From assembly GCA_030390025.1 (NCBI GenBank), contig JASTWF010000033.1:4652001-4716000 (forward strand): a stretch of 64,000 bases of DNA. The letters are read 5' to 3'. The notes beneath the pieces are model-generated. The model ran no database searches. It was not told the DNA's origin and saw nothing but the letters and a program-made list of their open reading frames with translations. The stretch comes from Squalus acanthias (taxonomy: Eukaryota). The first letter of the stretch is position 1; every line of letters begins with the position of its first letter. The position numbers and the translations under genes are program-made. Positions 1 to 12,439 of this stretch are shown here, piece after piece.

Positions 1-53
1 CAGTGAGATGATTTGGAATGACCTCTCCGAAAGGTTGTTGGTGCAGATTCAAT

Positions 54-1461
54 GGGCTCAGTTGGTAGAAAACTCACCTCTGAGTCAGAAGGTTGTGTAT
101 TCAATTCCACTCCAACGACGTGAGTACAAAAATCAAGGATGACACTCCAGTCCAGCATTTAGGGAGCGCGGCACTGTCAGAGGGTCAGTACTGGAAGGGA
201 GCGCCGCACTGTCGGAGGGGCAGTACTGATGGAGCGCTGCACTGTCGGAGGGTCCGTACTGGAGGGAGCGCTGCACTGTCGGAGGGGCAGTATTGAGGGA
301 GCCCGCACTGTCGGAGGGCAGTACTGATGGAGCGCTGCACTGTCGGAGGGGCAGTACTGAGGGAGCGCTGCACTGTCGGAGGGGCAGTACTGATGGAGCG
401 CTGCACTGTCGGAGGGACAGTACTGAGGGAGCGCTGCACTGTCGGAGGGGCAGTATTGAGGGAGCCCCTCACTGTCGAGGGCAGTACTGATGGAGCACTT
501 GCACTGTCAGGAGGGGCAGTACTGAGGGAGCGCTGCACTGTCGGAGGGGCAGTACTGATGGAGCGCTGCACTGTCGGAGGGTCAGTACTGAGGGAGCGCT
601 GCACTGTCGGAGGGACATTACTTGAGGGAGTGCTGCACTGTCGGAGGGGCAGTAATGAGGGAGTGCAGCACTGTCGGATGGGCAGTAATGAGGGATCGCT
701 GTACTGTTGGAGGGTGAGTACTGAGGGAGCGCTGCACTGTCGGAGGGGCAGGAATGTGGGAGTGCAGCACTGTCGGGTGGGCAGTAACTGAGGGTGAACT
801 GCACTGTCGGAGGGACAGTAATGAGGATGCGCTCTGCTGTTGGAGGGACAGGGGAGCAATGCATTGTCGGAGGGACAGTATTGACGGAGCGCTGCACTGT
901 CAGAGTAAAAGTACTGAGGGAGCGCTCTACTGTTGCCGAGGCAGTACTGAGGGAGCGATGCACTGTCGGAGGGGCAGTACTGAGGGAGAGCTGCTCTGTC
1001 GGAGGGCTGTACTGAGGGAGCGATGCACTGCCGGATGGTCAGTACTGAGGGAGCACTGTATTCGCAGAGGGGCATTACTGAGTTAGCGCTGCGCTGTTGT
1101 AGGTGCATTACTGAGGAGACTGTCCTTTCGGAGGGATCTGATTTAGGATGCGACGTTAAACCGAGGCCTGTTTGCTCTCTCTCAGGTGAATGTAAAAGAT
1201 CCCATGGCAATATTCGAAGAAGAGCAGTAGAGTTATCCTTAGTGTTCTGGTCAATATTTATCTCAATCAACATCACTAAAACAGATGACTTGGTCGTAAT
1301 TGCCATGCTGTTTGTGGGAACTTTCTATTTTACAAACTGCCTGCCGTGTTTCCTGGAGTGCAACACAGACTTCACTTCACCAGTACTTCTTTGGCTCTAA
1401 AGTGCTTTGCGTCATCCCAAGGTCGTTAAAGGCGCTCTATAAATGCAAGTTTTTCTTTCTT
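54..1461 (+). mobile_element. tRNA-derived Deu-type SINE (SacSINE1-like) with an internally expanded minisatellite
   Basis: A-box-like GGCTCAGTTGG at ~55 and degenerate B box at ~98-108. The body resumes at ~1115 (GACGTTAAACCGAGGCC...TAAAAGATCCCATGGCA...GAAGAAGAGCAG). The 3' tail is AAAGGCGCTCTATAAATGCAAGT followed by T/C-rich repeats. Confidence 0.8.
158..1110. repeat. 33-bp minisatellite (AGTACTGAGGGAGCGCTGCACTGTCGGAGGGGC)n inside the SINE
   Basis: Directly visible tandem units; explains the 11-aa periodic ORFs in the track. Confidence 0.95.
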
Positions 1462-1579
1462 AATAGAAACATTCAAAAGGTAATTCGATATTACTTGAAA
1501 AGGCAGAATTTTTCAGGACTATGGGGAAACGGCTTAATTGTTCACTACCATTCACGAAAGGATATGACAGCTTTGAAAT

Positions 1580-2265
1580 AATCTGATCTGTTGCTTGTGG
1601 GATCGCTTGAATCTGTCTAATTTCATCCCTCTGAGCACGATGGTAGTGGCACATGATACGATGGATGGTGTCCTCAGTGTGAAGGCGAGAATTATTCTCC
1701 ACAAATATTGTGTAGTCCTACCAATAGCGTCATGGACAGATGCATATGCGATAAGTAGATTGGTGAGGACGGGGTCATGCAGGCTATATTCTCATGTTGG
1801 TTCTCCCACCACCTGCCGCCATCCTAGACTGGCAGCTCTGTTCTTTAAGGCTCGGTTTATGATGGTGCTTCTGAACCAGTCTTGCTAATGGACATTGACA
1901 TCTCACCCTCCCCACCCAGAGAATACATGTTGTGCCCTTTCTGCTCTCGGTGCTCCATCAACTGGAGTTCAGCATGAAGATGTGCTGATTCATCAGCTGA
2001 ATGATGGCGGTAGGTGGTAATCAGCTGGAAGTGACCATGCTCATGTCTGACTGGAACCATGAGAATTCGTTATGCCCTTAGGCAATGTTGAGGACTCGCA
2101 GGATCTCTCCTAGTCGACTGTATACACCTGTGCAACCGCCTCTGGTGAGTCTGTCCTGCCGCTGGAACAGTATATACATTGGGATGATGATGGAGGACTC
2201 GGGAATGTTGACTGATTGTATTGGTTCTGTGACAGAGACTGTAGGTCCGCATTGGACTCATCAGT
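1580..2265 (-). mobile_element. Degenerate non-LTR retrotransposon APE endonuclease fragment (CR1/L2 group, second LINE family)
   Basis: Minus-strand peptides LITTYRHHSADES and SRLHTEDTIHRIMCHYHRA resemble the LINE endonuclease YRPP region and the post-endonuclease segment; broken by frameshifts. Confidence 0.65.
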
Positions 2266-2459
2266 CACCTGTGAACTCATTTTTAGTGCAGAGGCAAGTT
2301 ATCCTCGGTTCCGAGGGAGTGCCTAAGAAGAGAAACCACGTTACACTCTAATATTATTCTTGTTATTTACCGTGGAATACTATGTTATTAATGGTATTCT
2401 GTGTTTTAAGTTCTTGCATCTTTGTTAATGCAAGAGTTGTTGTTTAAAAAGACTGACAC

Positions 2460-4498
2460 ATCCTCGCTGCTGTTGGTGTTCCTGGTAAGTTTCTGTATCT
2501 AGCTATTAATTCTATAAATCAATGTTTAACTGTATTTCTCTCCTTATCATTCCCCATCCCATCCGCACTGCTGTCGGCTGTTGATTCTGAAGGTGAGCAG
2601 CGTTAACAAGATTCAATTGTTCTATATTCAACACAAGAAAATATATTGGACGGGAATCTTTGCTCAACGAATTCCATTCTGCTATCAACACTGAACATGT
2701 GTAACAGATGAGAAGAATATTGTCTTGGTTGAGGAGATTTTCACCTAATGACGAAAGATCATCGACCTGAATCGTTAACTCCCTCTCTCTCTGCAGATGC
2801 TGCCTGACCTGCTGAATAATTAAAACATTTTCTGTTCTTATTTCAGATTTTCAGCATCCGCAGTAATTTGCTTTTTGTTTTCACCGAATGCTCGGCATGG
2901 TTACTGACACAGAGACACAGGAAACAAATCCAGGCAGATCACAAACACATCTTTAAATGTCTGAAATATCAGCGAATCATTCAGTTCAAGTCAATGTCTC
3001 CTTTCCCACCATCTCCAGTTTTGCATTAGTGACCCTGCTTCTGATGGTTAAATTAGGATTACAAGGATAATTTACATTCTCAAAAAACGTTCAGTCAGCC
3101 AGATTTCAATGCGTTTATTTCCAATCTTTATTTTTGAATTTACAATTGGATCCCGTGCCCGTCTGTCACTGTTCAGTGGATCTCTCAGTAAGTCCCAGAG
3201 TGAATCTCTAATGCCTCCTGAGGTACTGCAGGATAAACAATCCCAGCTGATTGTAACTGAAGTACTGAGGATAATAAAATCCTTTCATATTTTCTCGACT
3301 AAAGTTCTCTGCACATGTTAGAAACCAAAAGGTGAAAATGTACAAAGATAAATCTCTTCCATTTGTGTTCAGATACTTTACAAAAGCGTTCGGCGGCTCG
3401 TTGCCTGTGGGATAAGTCGCGTGATTATGATGCTAATGAATGCATTTAGTGGGCTATATACCTTATAATGATAACTATTTATTTTAATTCAGAATCCATT
3501 CTTTTCAATGTTATTTGGAAAATCTTCCTTTCAATGAGCTACAATTTGTGTATTTTTAAAAAAAACTGCTGCTCTTGCTCCCAGCCTGATTTCTAACTTC
3601 CCTGTTTATTCCCCTTGCTCTCAGTGAACTTAGTGACGATTATGATCCTGTCTCGGGGAAAGTGCGGTCTCTCCAAATGTGTCACTCGCTACCTGCTGGC
3701 CATGGCAGCGGCGGATCTACTGGTCGTTATCCTCGACCTGATACTGAGGCAAATTCCGATTGTTTATTACCATCATTTTCATTTCGTGCGGTCCATCCCC
3801 GTGTGTATATCCATGGCCGTCCTGCTTTATGCAGCCACAGACTGCTCTGTCTGGTTCACCGTCACGTTCACCTTTGATCGATTTGTGGCTATTTGTCGCC
3901 AGAAGCTGAAAACGAAATATTGCACCGAGAAAACGGCGGCTGTAGTTCTGGGAACAGTGACTGTACTGAGCAGTTTAAAGAACATTTCCTGGTATTTCAT
4001 GTTCACAGATCGGTATGGGCTTTGGAACATGCCCTGGTTTTGTGATGTAAACAGTCGCTGTTATGAAATCGCGTGCCTGGGCAGCAATCGAGCTCCTCAT
4101 TATACTCTCACCCCCGGTGGTCCCATTTGTGGTGATTCTGCTGCTCAATGCTCTACCGTCAGACACATTTTAGGTGTCCAGCAGAGCCCGCAGGAGACTC
4201 CGGGGTCCCAGCAGTGGGGAGAGTCCCAGAGACCCAGAGATGGAGAGCCGCAAGAAATCCATCATTTTACTGCTTGTTATCTCGGGGCAATTTCATCCTG
4301 TTATGGGCAGTGTTTATGGTGGTTTATATGTGGAGTCGGATAGGTTCGATCAGGTATATGTCTGCAAATTCTCCTCCTTTTTTACTGGAATTGGGAATGA
4401 TGCTGCAGATGCTGAGTTGCTGCACAAACACTGGGATTTATGCCGTGACCCAGACTAAGTTCAGAGAGCAGTTGAAGAATATGGGGAAATCCCTTTAG
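2460..4498 (+). pseudogene. GPR139/GPR142-like class A GPCR, copy 1 (exon 1 remnant 2460-2484, phase-1 intron 2485-3624, exon 2 3625-4498), frameshifted in this assembly
   Basis: Exon 1 end ILAAVGVP-G|GTAAGT and acceptor CTCAG|TGAAC give VNLVTIMILSRGKCGLSKC. TM3 FTFDRFVAIC, TM6 SGNFILLW and TM7 LSCCTNTGIY lie in different frames. In-frame TGA at 2454-2456. Confidence 0.85.
2745..2880 (+). mobile_element. Penelope-like element terminal-repeat fragment in the GPCR intron
   Basis: Matches the 3' end of the Penelope at 17420-17550 (GACCTGAA.CGTTAACTC...GATGCTGCCTGACCTGCTGA...CAGCATCCGCAGTA). Confidence 0.8.
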
Positions 4499-4584
4499 TC
4501 TGATTGTAAAATTAATTAAAGGATGATGTAAAGCGGAGACTTTGCAGCCTGACAGCTCCCTTGGTGTGACTTGATTTTAAAATG

Positions 4585-4831
4585 TTTTTAATCGTGTCCG
4601 GGATCTGGGCGTCGCTGGCAATGCCAGCATTTATTGCCAATCCCTAGTTGTCCTTGAACAGGTGGTGATGAGCCGCCTTCTGGAACTGCTGCCGTCCCTC
4701 CCGTGTGGTGAAGGTGCTCCCACAGTGCGTTAGGTAAGGATTTCCAGGATTTTTGATCCCGCGACGATAAGGATCGGCGATAAACGTCTAAGTCAAGATG
4801 TTTGTGTGACTTGGAGGGGAACTTGGAGGTG
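4585..4831 (-). mobile_element. 3' end of a LINE (probably the same family as 1580-2265 and 47790-48912), cut by the gap
   Basis: GGGCGTCGCTGGCAATGCCAGCATTTATTGCC is the reverse complement of a LINE-type 3' UTR/tail; family link is inferred. Confidence 0.55.
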
Positions 4832-5331
4832 NNNNNNNNNNNNNNNNNNNNNNNNNNNNNNNNNNNNNNNNNNNNNNNNNNNNNNNNNNNNNNNNNNNNN
4901 NNNNNNNNNNNNNNNNNNNNNNNNNNNNNNNNNNNNNNNNNNNNNNNNNNNNNNNNNNNNNNNNNNNNNNNNNNNNNNNNNNNNNNNNNNNNNNNNNNNN
5001 NNNNNNNNNNNNNNNNNNNNNNNNNNNNNNNNNNNNNNNNNNNNNNNNNNNNNNNNNNNNNNNNNNNNNNNNNNNNNNNNNNNNNNNNNNNNNNNNNNNN
5101 NNNNNNNNNNNNNNNNNNNNNNNNNNNNNNNNNNNNNNNNNNNNNNNNNNNNNNNNNNNNNNNNNNNNNNNNNNNNNNNNNNNNNNNNNNNNNNNNNNNN
5201 NNNNNNNNNNNNNNNNNNNNNNNNNNNNNNNNNNNNNNNNNNNNNNNNNNNNNNNNNNNNNNNNNNNNNNNNNNNNNNNNNNNNNNNNNNNNNNNNNNNN
5301 NNNNNNNNNNNNNNNNNNNNNNNNNNNNNNN
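4832..5331. other. Assembly gap (500 N)
   Basis: Run of N with a round length, so the true size is unknown. Confidence 1.
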
Positions 5332-7395
5332 CCCGGAGGTTTGAACAGTTCAGGGAATTTGACTGGTCCCGAGGGATTGAACAGTTCCGGGGGTTTGACC
5401 TGTCCCGGGGGTTTGACCGGTCCCGGGGGGTTTGACCGGTCCCGGGGGTTTGACCGGTCCCGAGGGTTTGACTGGTTCCGGATGGTTGACCAGTCCCGGG
5501 GTTTGACCGGTCCCGGGGGTTTGACCAGTCCCGGGGGTTTCACCGGTCCCGCGGGTTTCACCGGTCCCGGGGGTTTGTCCGGTCCCGGGGGGGTGACCAG
5601 TCCTGGGGGTTAGACCAGTCCCGGGGGTTTGACCAGTCCCGGGGGTTTTGACCTGTCCTGGGTGTTTGACCGGTCCCAGGGGTGTGACCGGTCCCGGGTG
5701 TGTGACCGGACCCGGTGGTTTGACCGGTCTCGGTGGTTTTACCGGTACCAGGGGGTTTGACCAGTCACGGGGGTTTGACCAGTCCTGGGGGTTAGACCAG
5801 TCCCGGGGGGCTTGACCGGTCCCGGGGGTTTGACCAGTCCTGGGGGTTTGACCGGTCCCGGGGGTTTGACCAGTCCCGGGGGTTTTGACTAGTCCAGGGG
5901 TTTGACCAGTCCCGGGAATTTGACCATTCCCGGGGGTTTGACCAGTCCTTGGGGTTAGACCAGTCCCGGGGGTTTGACCGGTCCCTTGGTGGCTTAGACC
6001 AGTCCCGGGGGTTTGACCAGTCCCGGGGGTTTGACCAATCCCGGGGGTTTGACCAGTCCCGGGGGTTTGTCCGGTCCCGGGGGTTAGACCAGTCCCGGGG
6101 GTTTGACCAATCCCGGGGGTTTGACCAATCCCGGGGGTGTGACCAGTCCCGGGGGTGTGACCAGTCCCGGGGGTTTGACCAGTCCAGGGAGGGTGACCGG
6201 TCCTGGGGGTTAGACCGGTCCCGGGGGTTTGACCTGTCCCGGGGGTTTGACCGGTCCCGGGGGTTTGACCAGTCCCGGGGGTTTGACCAGTCCCGGGGGT
6301 TTGACCAGTCCCGGGGGTGTGACCAGTCCCGGGGGTTTGACCAGTCCCGGGGGTTTGACCACTCCCGGGGGTTTGACCAGTCCCGGGGGTGACCGGTCCT
6401 GGGGATTAGACCGGTCCCGGGGGTTTGACCTGTCCCGGGGGTTTGACCAGTCCCGGGGGTTTGACCATTCCCGGGGGTTTTAGCAGTCCCGGGGGTTTGA
6501 CCAGTCCTGGGGGTTTGACCGGTCCCTGGGGTTTGACCAGCCCTGGGGTTTTGACCAGTCCCGGGGGTTTGACCAGTCCCGGGGGTTAGACCGGTCCCGG
6601 GGGTTAGACCGGTCCCGGGGGTTTGACCAGTCCCGGGGGTTTGACCGGTCCAGTGGGTTTGACCAGTCCCGGGGGTTTGACCTGTCCCTGGGTTTTGACC
6701 AGTCCCGGGGGTTAGACCGGTCCCGGGTGGGTGAACAGCCCCGGGGGTTTGACCAGTCCTGGGGGTTTGACCGGTCCTGGGGGTTTGACCAGGCCCGGTG
6801 GTTTCACCAGTCCCGGTGGGGTGACCGGTCCCGGGGATTTGACCTGTCCAGGGGTTCTGACCAGTCCAGGGGTTTGACCAGTCCCGGGGGTTAGTCCGGT
6901 CCCGGGGGTTTGACCAGTCCCGGGGTTTTTAACAGTCCGGGGGGTGTGACCTGTCCCGGGGTTTAGACCAGTCCCGGGGGTTGACCAGTCCCGGGGTTTT
7001 TGACCATTTCAGGGGTTTGACCGATCCCTGGGGGGTGACCAGTCCCGGGGGGTTGACCTTTCCCGAGAGTTTGACCAGTCCCTGGGGGCTGACCAGTATT
7101 GGGGCTTTGACCTGTCCCGGGGGTTTGACCTGTCCCGGGGGTTAGACCAGCCCCGGGGTTTTGACCAGTCCTGGGAGTTTCACCAGTCCCGGAGGGGTTA
7201 GAGCAGTCCCGGGGGTTTGACCAGTCCTGGGGGTGTGACCTGTCCCTGGGGTTTGACCAGTCCAGGGGGTTTGAACAGTCCCTGGGGGTTGTATGGTTCC
7301 GGGGCTTTGACCGGTCCTGGGGTGTGTGGCCGCACCCGGGGGTTTGACCGGTCCCGGGGGTTTGACCGGTCTCGGGGGCGTGACCAATCCCCAGT
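5332..7395. repeat. 18-bp GC-rich minisatellite (GGGGGTTTGACCAGTCCC)n abutting the gap
   Basis: Directly visible; gives the 6-aa periodic ORFs SRGFDQ and PGGLTS. Confidence 0.95.
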
Positions 7396-7613
7396 CTTGG
7401 AGATGTCCGATCTGGACACAGAAACATAGAAACATAGAAGATAGGAGCAGTCAGTCTGTGCTGGTGTTTATCCTCCACATCAGTCACCTCTCATTGCATC
7501 TACCTCATCTCAGTCTCTCAGAATATCTTTCTATTCCCCTTTCTTGCATCTACTGGTTTAGTTTCATTCTGAAATAATCTAAACTATTTTCCTCAAGCAC
7601 TTCCTGTGGTAGT

Positions 7614-8817
7614 AACATAGAAGATAGGAGCAGTAGTAGGCCATTCGCCCTCTCGAGCCTGCTCCGCCATTCGATGAGATCATGGCTGATCATACAAATT
7701 CAGTACCCTGTCCCTGCCTTCTCCCCATATCCCTTGATACCTTTAGCTTTAAGAAATATATCTAACTCATTCTTGAATATATTTAATGACTTGGCATCAA
7801 CTACCTTCTGTGGTAAAGAATTCCACAGGTTCACCCCTCTCTGGGTGAAGAAATTCTTCCTCATTTCTGTCCTAAATGGCTTACCCCTTATCCTTAGATT
7901 ATGACCCCTGGTTCTGGACTCTCCGACCATCGGGAACATTCTTCCTGCATCTGGTTTGACCAGACCTGTCAGAATTTTATATGTTTCGATGAGATCCCCT
8001 CTCATTCTTCTATACTCCAGCGAGTATAAGCACAATCGACCCAATCTCTCCTCATATGTCATTCCTGCCATCCCAGGTATCAGCCTTGTGAATCTTCGCT
8101 GAACTCCTTCCATGGCAAGAACATCCTTCCTCAGATAAGGCGACCAAAACTGCACACAGTACTCAAGGTGTTGTCTCACCAAGGCCCTGTACAACTGCAG
8201 CAGGACATCCCTGTTCCTATACTCAAACCCTTTCGCTATGAAGGCCAACATACCATTTGCCTTCTTCACCGCCTGCTGCACCTGCATGCTCATCTTCAGC
8301 GACTGGTGCACAAGGACACCCAGACCTCGTTGCACTTCCCCTTCTCCCAATCTATTGCCATTCAGATAATAGTCTGCCTTTCTGTTTTTGACACCAAAGT
8401 GGACAACCTCGCATTTATCCACGTTATATTGCATCTGCCACGCTTCTGCCCACTCACCCAACCTGTCCAAATCATGCTGGAGTTTCTCAGTATCCTCCTC
8501 GGAGCACACTCGCCCACCCAGCTTTGTGTCATCTGCAAACTTGGAGATATTACATTTAGTTCCCTTATCCAGATCATTAATGTATATTGTGAATAGCTGG
8601 GGTCCAAGGACCGATCACTGCGGCACCCCATTAGTCACTGCCTGCCACTCGGAAAAAGACCCATTAATTCCTACTCTCTGCTTTCTGTCCCCCAACCTGT
8701 TCTCAATCCAAGTCAATACCTTGCCCCCAATCCCATGTGCCTTAACTTTACACGCTAATCTCTTATGCGGGACCTTATCAAAAGCCTTTTGAAATTCCAA
8801 ATACACCACATCCACTT
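7614..8817 (-). mobile_element. CR1 LINE, 3' part (RT C-terminal half plus tail)
   Basis: Minus ORF 7700-8509 (WQMQYNVDKC, LEYCVQFWSP, RRMRGDLIETYKI); CR1 tail at ~7614-7690. Confidence 0.95.
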
Positions 8818-8819
8818 GA

Positions 8820-9144
8820 CCCCAGGTTGCTATACATGGGGGGTTTCGGGCGATGGGTAGAGTTTGGGGGGTGGGGGGCGAAATCATTCCCTAGGCTCAG
8901 GAAGCCCGGCCAGCCATAGTTAAACCAGTAAAACAATTCAAATCAGAGGCTGCCCGCCTCATTAAAATATTTAACTTGCCAACCCGCCTCCTGGGAGTGG
9001 TTCGCTGCCCGCCCCGCTGTCCCGTCTCCGTTAAACTCGGAAGCGGGCGGGTTGGAGGCTGGTTGGGGTCGGGAGGATATTGTTCAATTTTCACCTCTGA
9101 CCCGACCCCAACCCGCCGTTTTTTGGGGTGTTAAAATCCAGCCC
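8820..9144. mobile_element. Right end of a probable PIF/Harbinger-type non-autonomous DNA transposon
   Basis: GC-rich segment ending AAAATCCAGCCC followed by TTA; the matching left end is not visible. Confidence 0.45.
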
Positions 9145-9217
9145 TTACTGTCTGAGCTCAGAAACGGAGAATGTGTGATAGTAATTTCCAGTCTCTTTTC
9201 CCTTCTGTGTTTTACAG

Positions 9218-10119
9218 TGAATTTGCTGGCGATTGTGATCCTGTCCCGGGGAAAGTGCGGGCTCTCCACCTGCACCACTCGCTACCTGGTGGGCATGGCA
9301 GCGGCGGATCTCCTGCTCATTGTCACTGAGGTCATACTGGGGCGGATCAGAGGGTATTATTTCCCAGTGTCTTTCCTGGACATCACTCCTGTGTGTACTG
9401 TTCTCACTGTCCTGTCCAGTGCAGCCACAGACTGTTCTGTCTGGTTCACCGTCACTTTCACCTTTGATCGATTTGTGGCCATTTGTTGCCAGAAGCTGAA
9501 AACTAAATATTGCACCGGGAAAACTGCGGCTGTGGTTCTGGGAACAACCGGCATTCTGCTCTGTTTCAAAAACGTTCCCTACTACTTTACATTTCAAGCC
9601 GCGGAGATAATCAGCAATGTGCCGTGGGGCTCTCCTACAATCATAAACTATTTTACTGAGCCCGGGTGGGTGGGATTTGCCTGGTTTGACACGGTTTTAA
9701 CCCGATTGCTCCCATTCGCTTTAATTCTGTTGCTCAACTCTCTGACAGTCAGACACATTTTAGTGGCCAGTCGGGTCCGTAAGGGACTGAGGGGTGAGAG
9801 CAAGGGAGAGAATGGCGGAGACCCAGAGATGGAGAGCAGAAGGAAGTCTATGATTTTACTCTTCACCATATCCGGCAGCTTCATACTGCTGTGGCTGCCC
9901 TCTGTTATAAATTTCTTATATTATACCATTACAGGAACCATTTATTACACTGATTCTTTAGTAATCTTGCAACAAGTCGGAATTATGCTGCGGAATTTAA
10001 GTTGCTGCACGAACACATTTATTTATGGGGTGACCCAGTCCAAGTTCAGAGAGCAGGTGAAGAGGGCGGTGAAATATCCGCTTACCTCAATTATTCAATT
10101 AATTAATAATCAGAAATAA
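9218..10119 (+). CDS. GPR139/GPR142-like class A GPCR, copy 2, intact exon 2 (end of TM1 to C-terminus); exon 1 not visible
   Basis: Polypyrimidine tract and TTTACAG acceptor at the same phase-1 position as copy 1. Open frame to TAA at 10117-10119 with MAAADLL, FTFDRFVAICC, SGSFILLWLP and LSCCTNTFIY. Confidence 0.9.
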
Positions 10120-10662
10120 CTGAGCGCAGCCCAGAGGCGGCTCCCAGTGTTTCCAGCCCAGGAATGTAAGATTCAGCCCCAGACTGCCATCCACTGAATT
10201 ACACCAGTAATCGCTGGAGATCTGAAGATACAGCCAGCGGCGGGGCGAGCACTGTGTTTAGGACTCGGCGCTGTTTCTGACTGACATTTCCCACATTGTC
10301 TTTCGGGACAGGACCACTAGTTTGCTGCTTTCACTCTGAGCTCTTCTGTAAAGTGTCCCTTCTGCGATTGAGGACAGCAATTCATTCGCAGCTTCCAGAG
10401 TAAGAGCCTGGTCAATAGGTAGGCAGACAGAAATGAGCTGTAGTTCAGAGGATTATATTACCTGGAATATACAGCACACAAACAGGCCATTCGGCCCAAT
10501 CAGTCTGTGCTGGTGTTTTTGCTCCACGTCAGTCTCCTCTCATTGCATCTACCTCATCTCAGTCTCTCAGATTATCTTTCTATTCCCCTTTCTTGCATTT
10601 ACTGGTTTAGTTTCATTCTGAAATAATCTAAACTATTTTCCTCAAGCACTTCCTGTGGTAGT

Positions 10663-12149
10663 AACATAGAAGATAGGAGCAGGAGTAGGCCATTCGGCCT
10701 ATCGAGCCTGCTCCGCCATTCGATGAGATCATGGCTGATCATCCAAATCAGTACCCTGTCCCTGCCTTCTCCCCATATCCCTTGATACCTTTAGCTTTAA
10801 GAAATATATCTAACTCATTCTTGAATATATTTAATGACTTGGCCTCAACTACCTTCTGTGGTAGAGAATTCCACAGGTTCACCACTCTCTGGGTGAAGAA
10901 ATTCCTCCTCATTTCTGTCCTAAATGGCTTACCCGTTATCCTTAGATTATGACCCCTGGTTCTGGACTCTCCGACCACCGGGAACATTCTTCCTGCATCT
11001 AGTTTGTCCAGACCTGTCAGAATTTTATATGTTTCGATGAGATCCCCTCTCATTCTTCTATACTCCAGCGAGTATAAGCCCAATCGACCCAATCTCTCCT
11101 CATATGTCATTTCTTACATCCCAGGTATCAGTAAGTGAATCTTCGCTGAACTCCTTCCATGGCAAGAACATCGTTCCTCAAATAAGGCGACCAAAACTGC
11201 ACACATTACTCAAGGTGTGGTCTCACCAAGGCCCTGTACAACTGCAGCACGACATCCCTGTTCCTATACTCAAACCCTTTCGCTATGAAGGCCAACATAC
11301 CATTTGCCTTCTTCATCGCCTGCTGCACCTGCATGCTTACTTTCAAAGACTGGTGCACAAGGGCACCCAGGTCTCGTTGCACTTAGCCTTCTCCCAATCT
11401 ATTGCCATTCAGATAATAGTCTGCCTTTCTGTTTTTGACACCAAAGTAGATAACCTCGCACTTATTTTCGTTATATTGCATCTGCCACGCTTCTGCCCAC
11501 TCACCCAACCTGTCCAAATCATCCTGGAGTTTCTCGGTATCCTCCTCGCAGCACACACTCCCACCCAGCTTTGTTTCATCTGCAAACTTGGACATATTAC
11601 ATTTAGTTCCCTTATCTAGATCATTAATGTATATTATGAATAGCTGGGATCCAAGGACCGATGCCTGCGGTACCCCACTAGTCACTGCTTGCCACTTGGA
11701 AAAAGACCCGTTTATTACAACTCTCTGCTTTCTGTCCGCCAATCAGTTCTCTATCCGAGTCAATACCTTGCCCCCAATCTCATGTGCCTTAACTTTACAC
11801 GCTAATCTCTTATGCGGGACCTTATCAAAAGCCTTTTGAAAGTCCAAATACACCACCTCTACTGGTTCTCCCCTATCTATTTTACCATTTACATCCTCAA
11901 AAAATTCCAGTAGATTAGTCAAGGACGATTTACCTTTTGTAAATCCATGTTGACTTTGTCCGATCCTGTCACTGTTTTTCAAGTGCTCAGCTATTACATC
12001 CTTTATAATGGACTCTAGCATTTTCCCTAATACCGATGTCAGGCTTACCGGTCTGTAATTCCCCGCTTTCTCTCTACCACCCTTTTTGAATAGTGGGGTA
12101 ACATTAGCTACCCTCCAATCCATGGGTACAGTTCCAGATTCCATCGAAT
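10663..12149 (-). mobile_element. Young 5'-truncated CR1 inserted into an older CR1 3' fragment (~10470-12430)
   Basis: RT peptides in minus ORFs 10748-11110, 11383-11742 and 11743-12174. GTAGT is duplicated at 10658-10662 and 12150-12154, and the host element reads through across the insertion. Confidence 0.9.
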
Positions 12150-12439
12150 GTAGTGAGGTCCACATTCTAGCCACTCTGAGTACAGCAATTGCTCCTTATT
12201 TCCCAATTGAATTTATTAGTAAATATCTTGTATTTATGACCCCAAGTGTTGCATTCTCCCACAAGTGTAAACATTCTCTCCACATCTTCCCTGTCCAACC
12301 CATTCATAATTTTCAAGATCTCTATCAGGCCTCAGCAAAGTCCTCTCTCTTCTATAGCAGAAAGGCCCAACCTGTTCAATCTTTCCCGATAGCTGCAATC
12401 TTTCAGTTCTGGTGCCATCCACCTAATTATTTGTAAGAA

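Noticed and set aside
54..130. tRNA gene
   Set aside because: It is a degenerate SINE head continuous with the SINE body.
185..1306. 373-aa ORF and overlapping ORFs
   Set aside because: They are translations of the 33-bp minisatellite inside a SINE.
4788..7487. ORFs with X runs and SRGFDQ/PGGLT repeats
   Set aside because: Artefacts of the N gap and the 18-bp minisatellite.
9052..9217. N-terminal 55 aa of the 355-aa GPCR ORF
   Set aside because: Non-ATG start, derived from transposon and intron sequence upstream of a clear splice acceptor; the real N-terminus is a separate exon.
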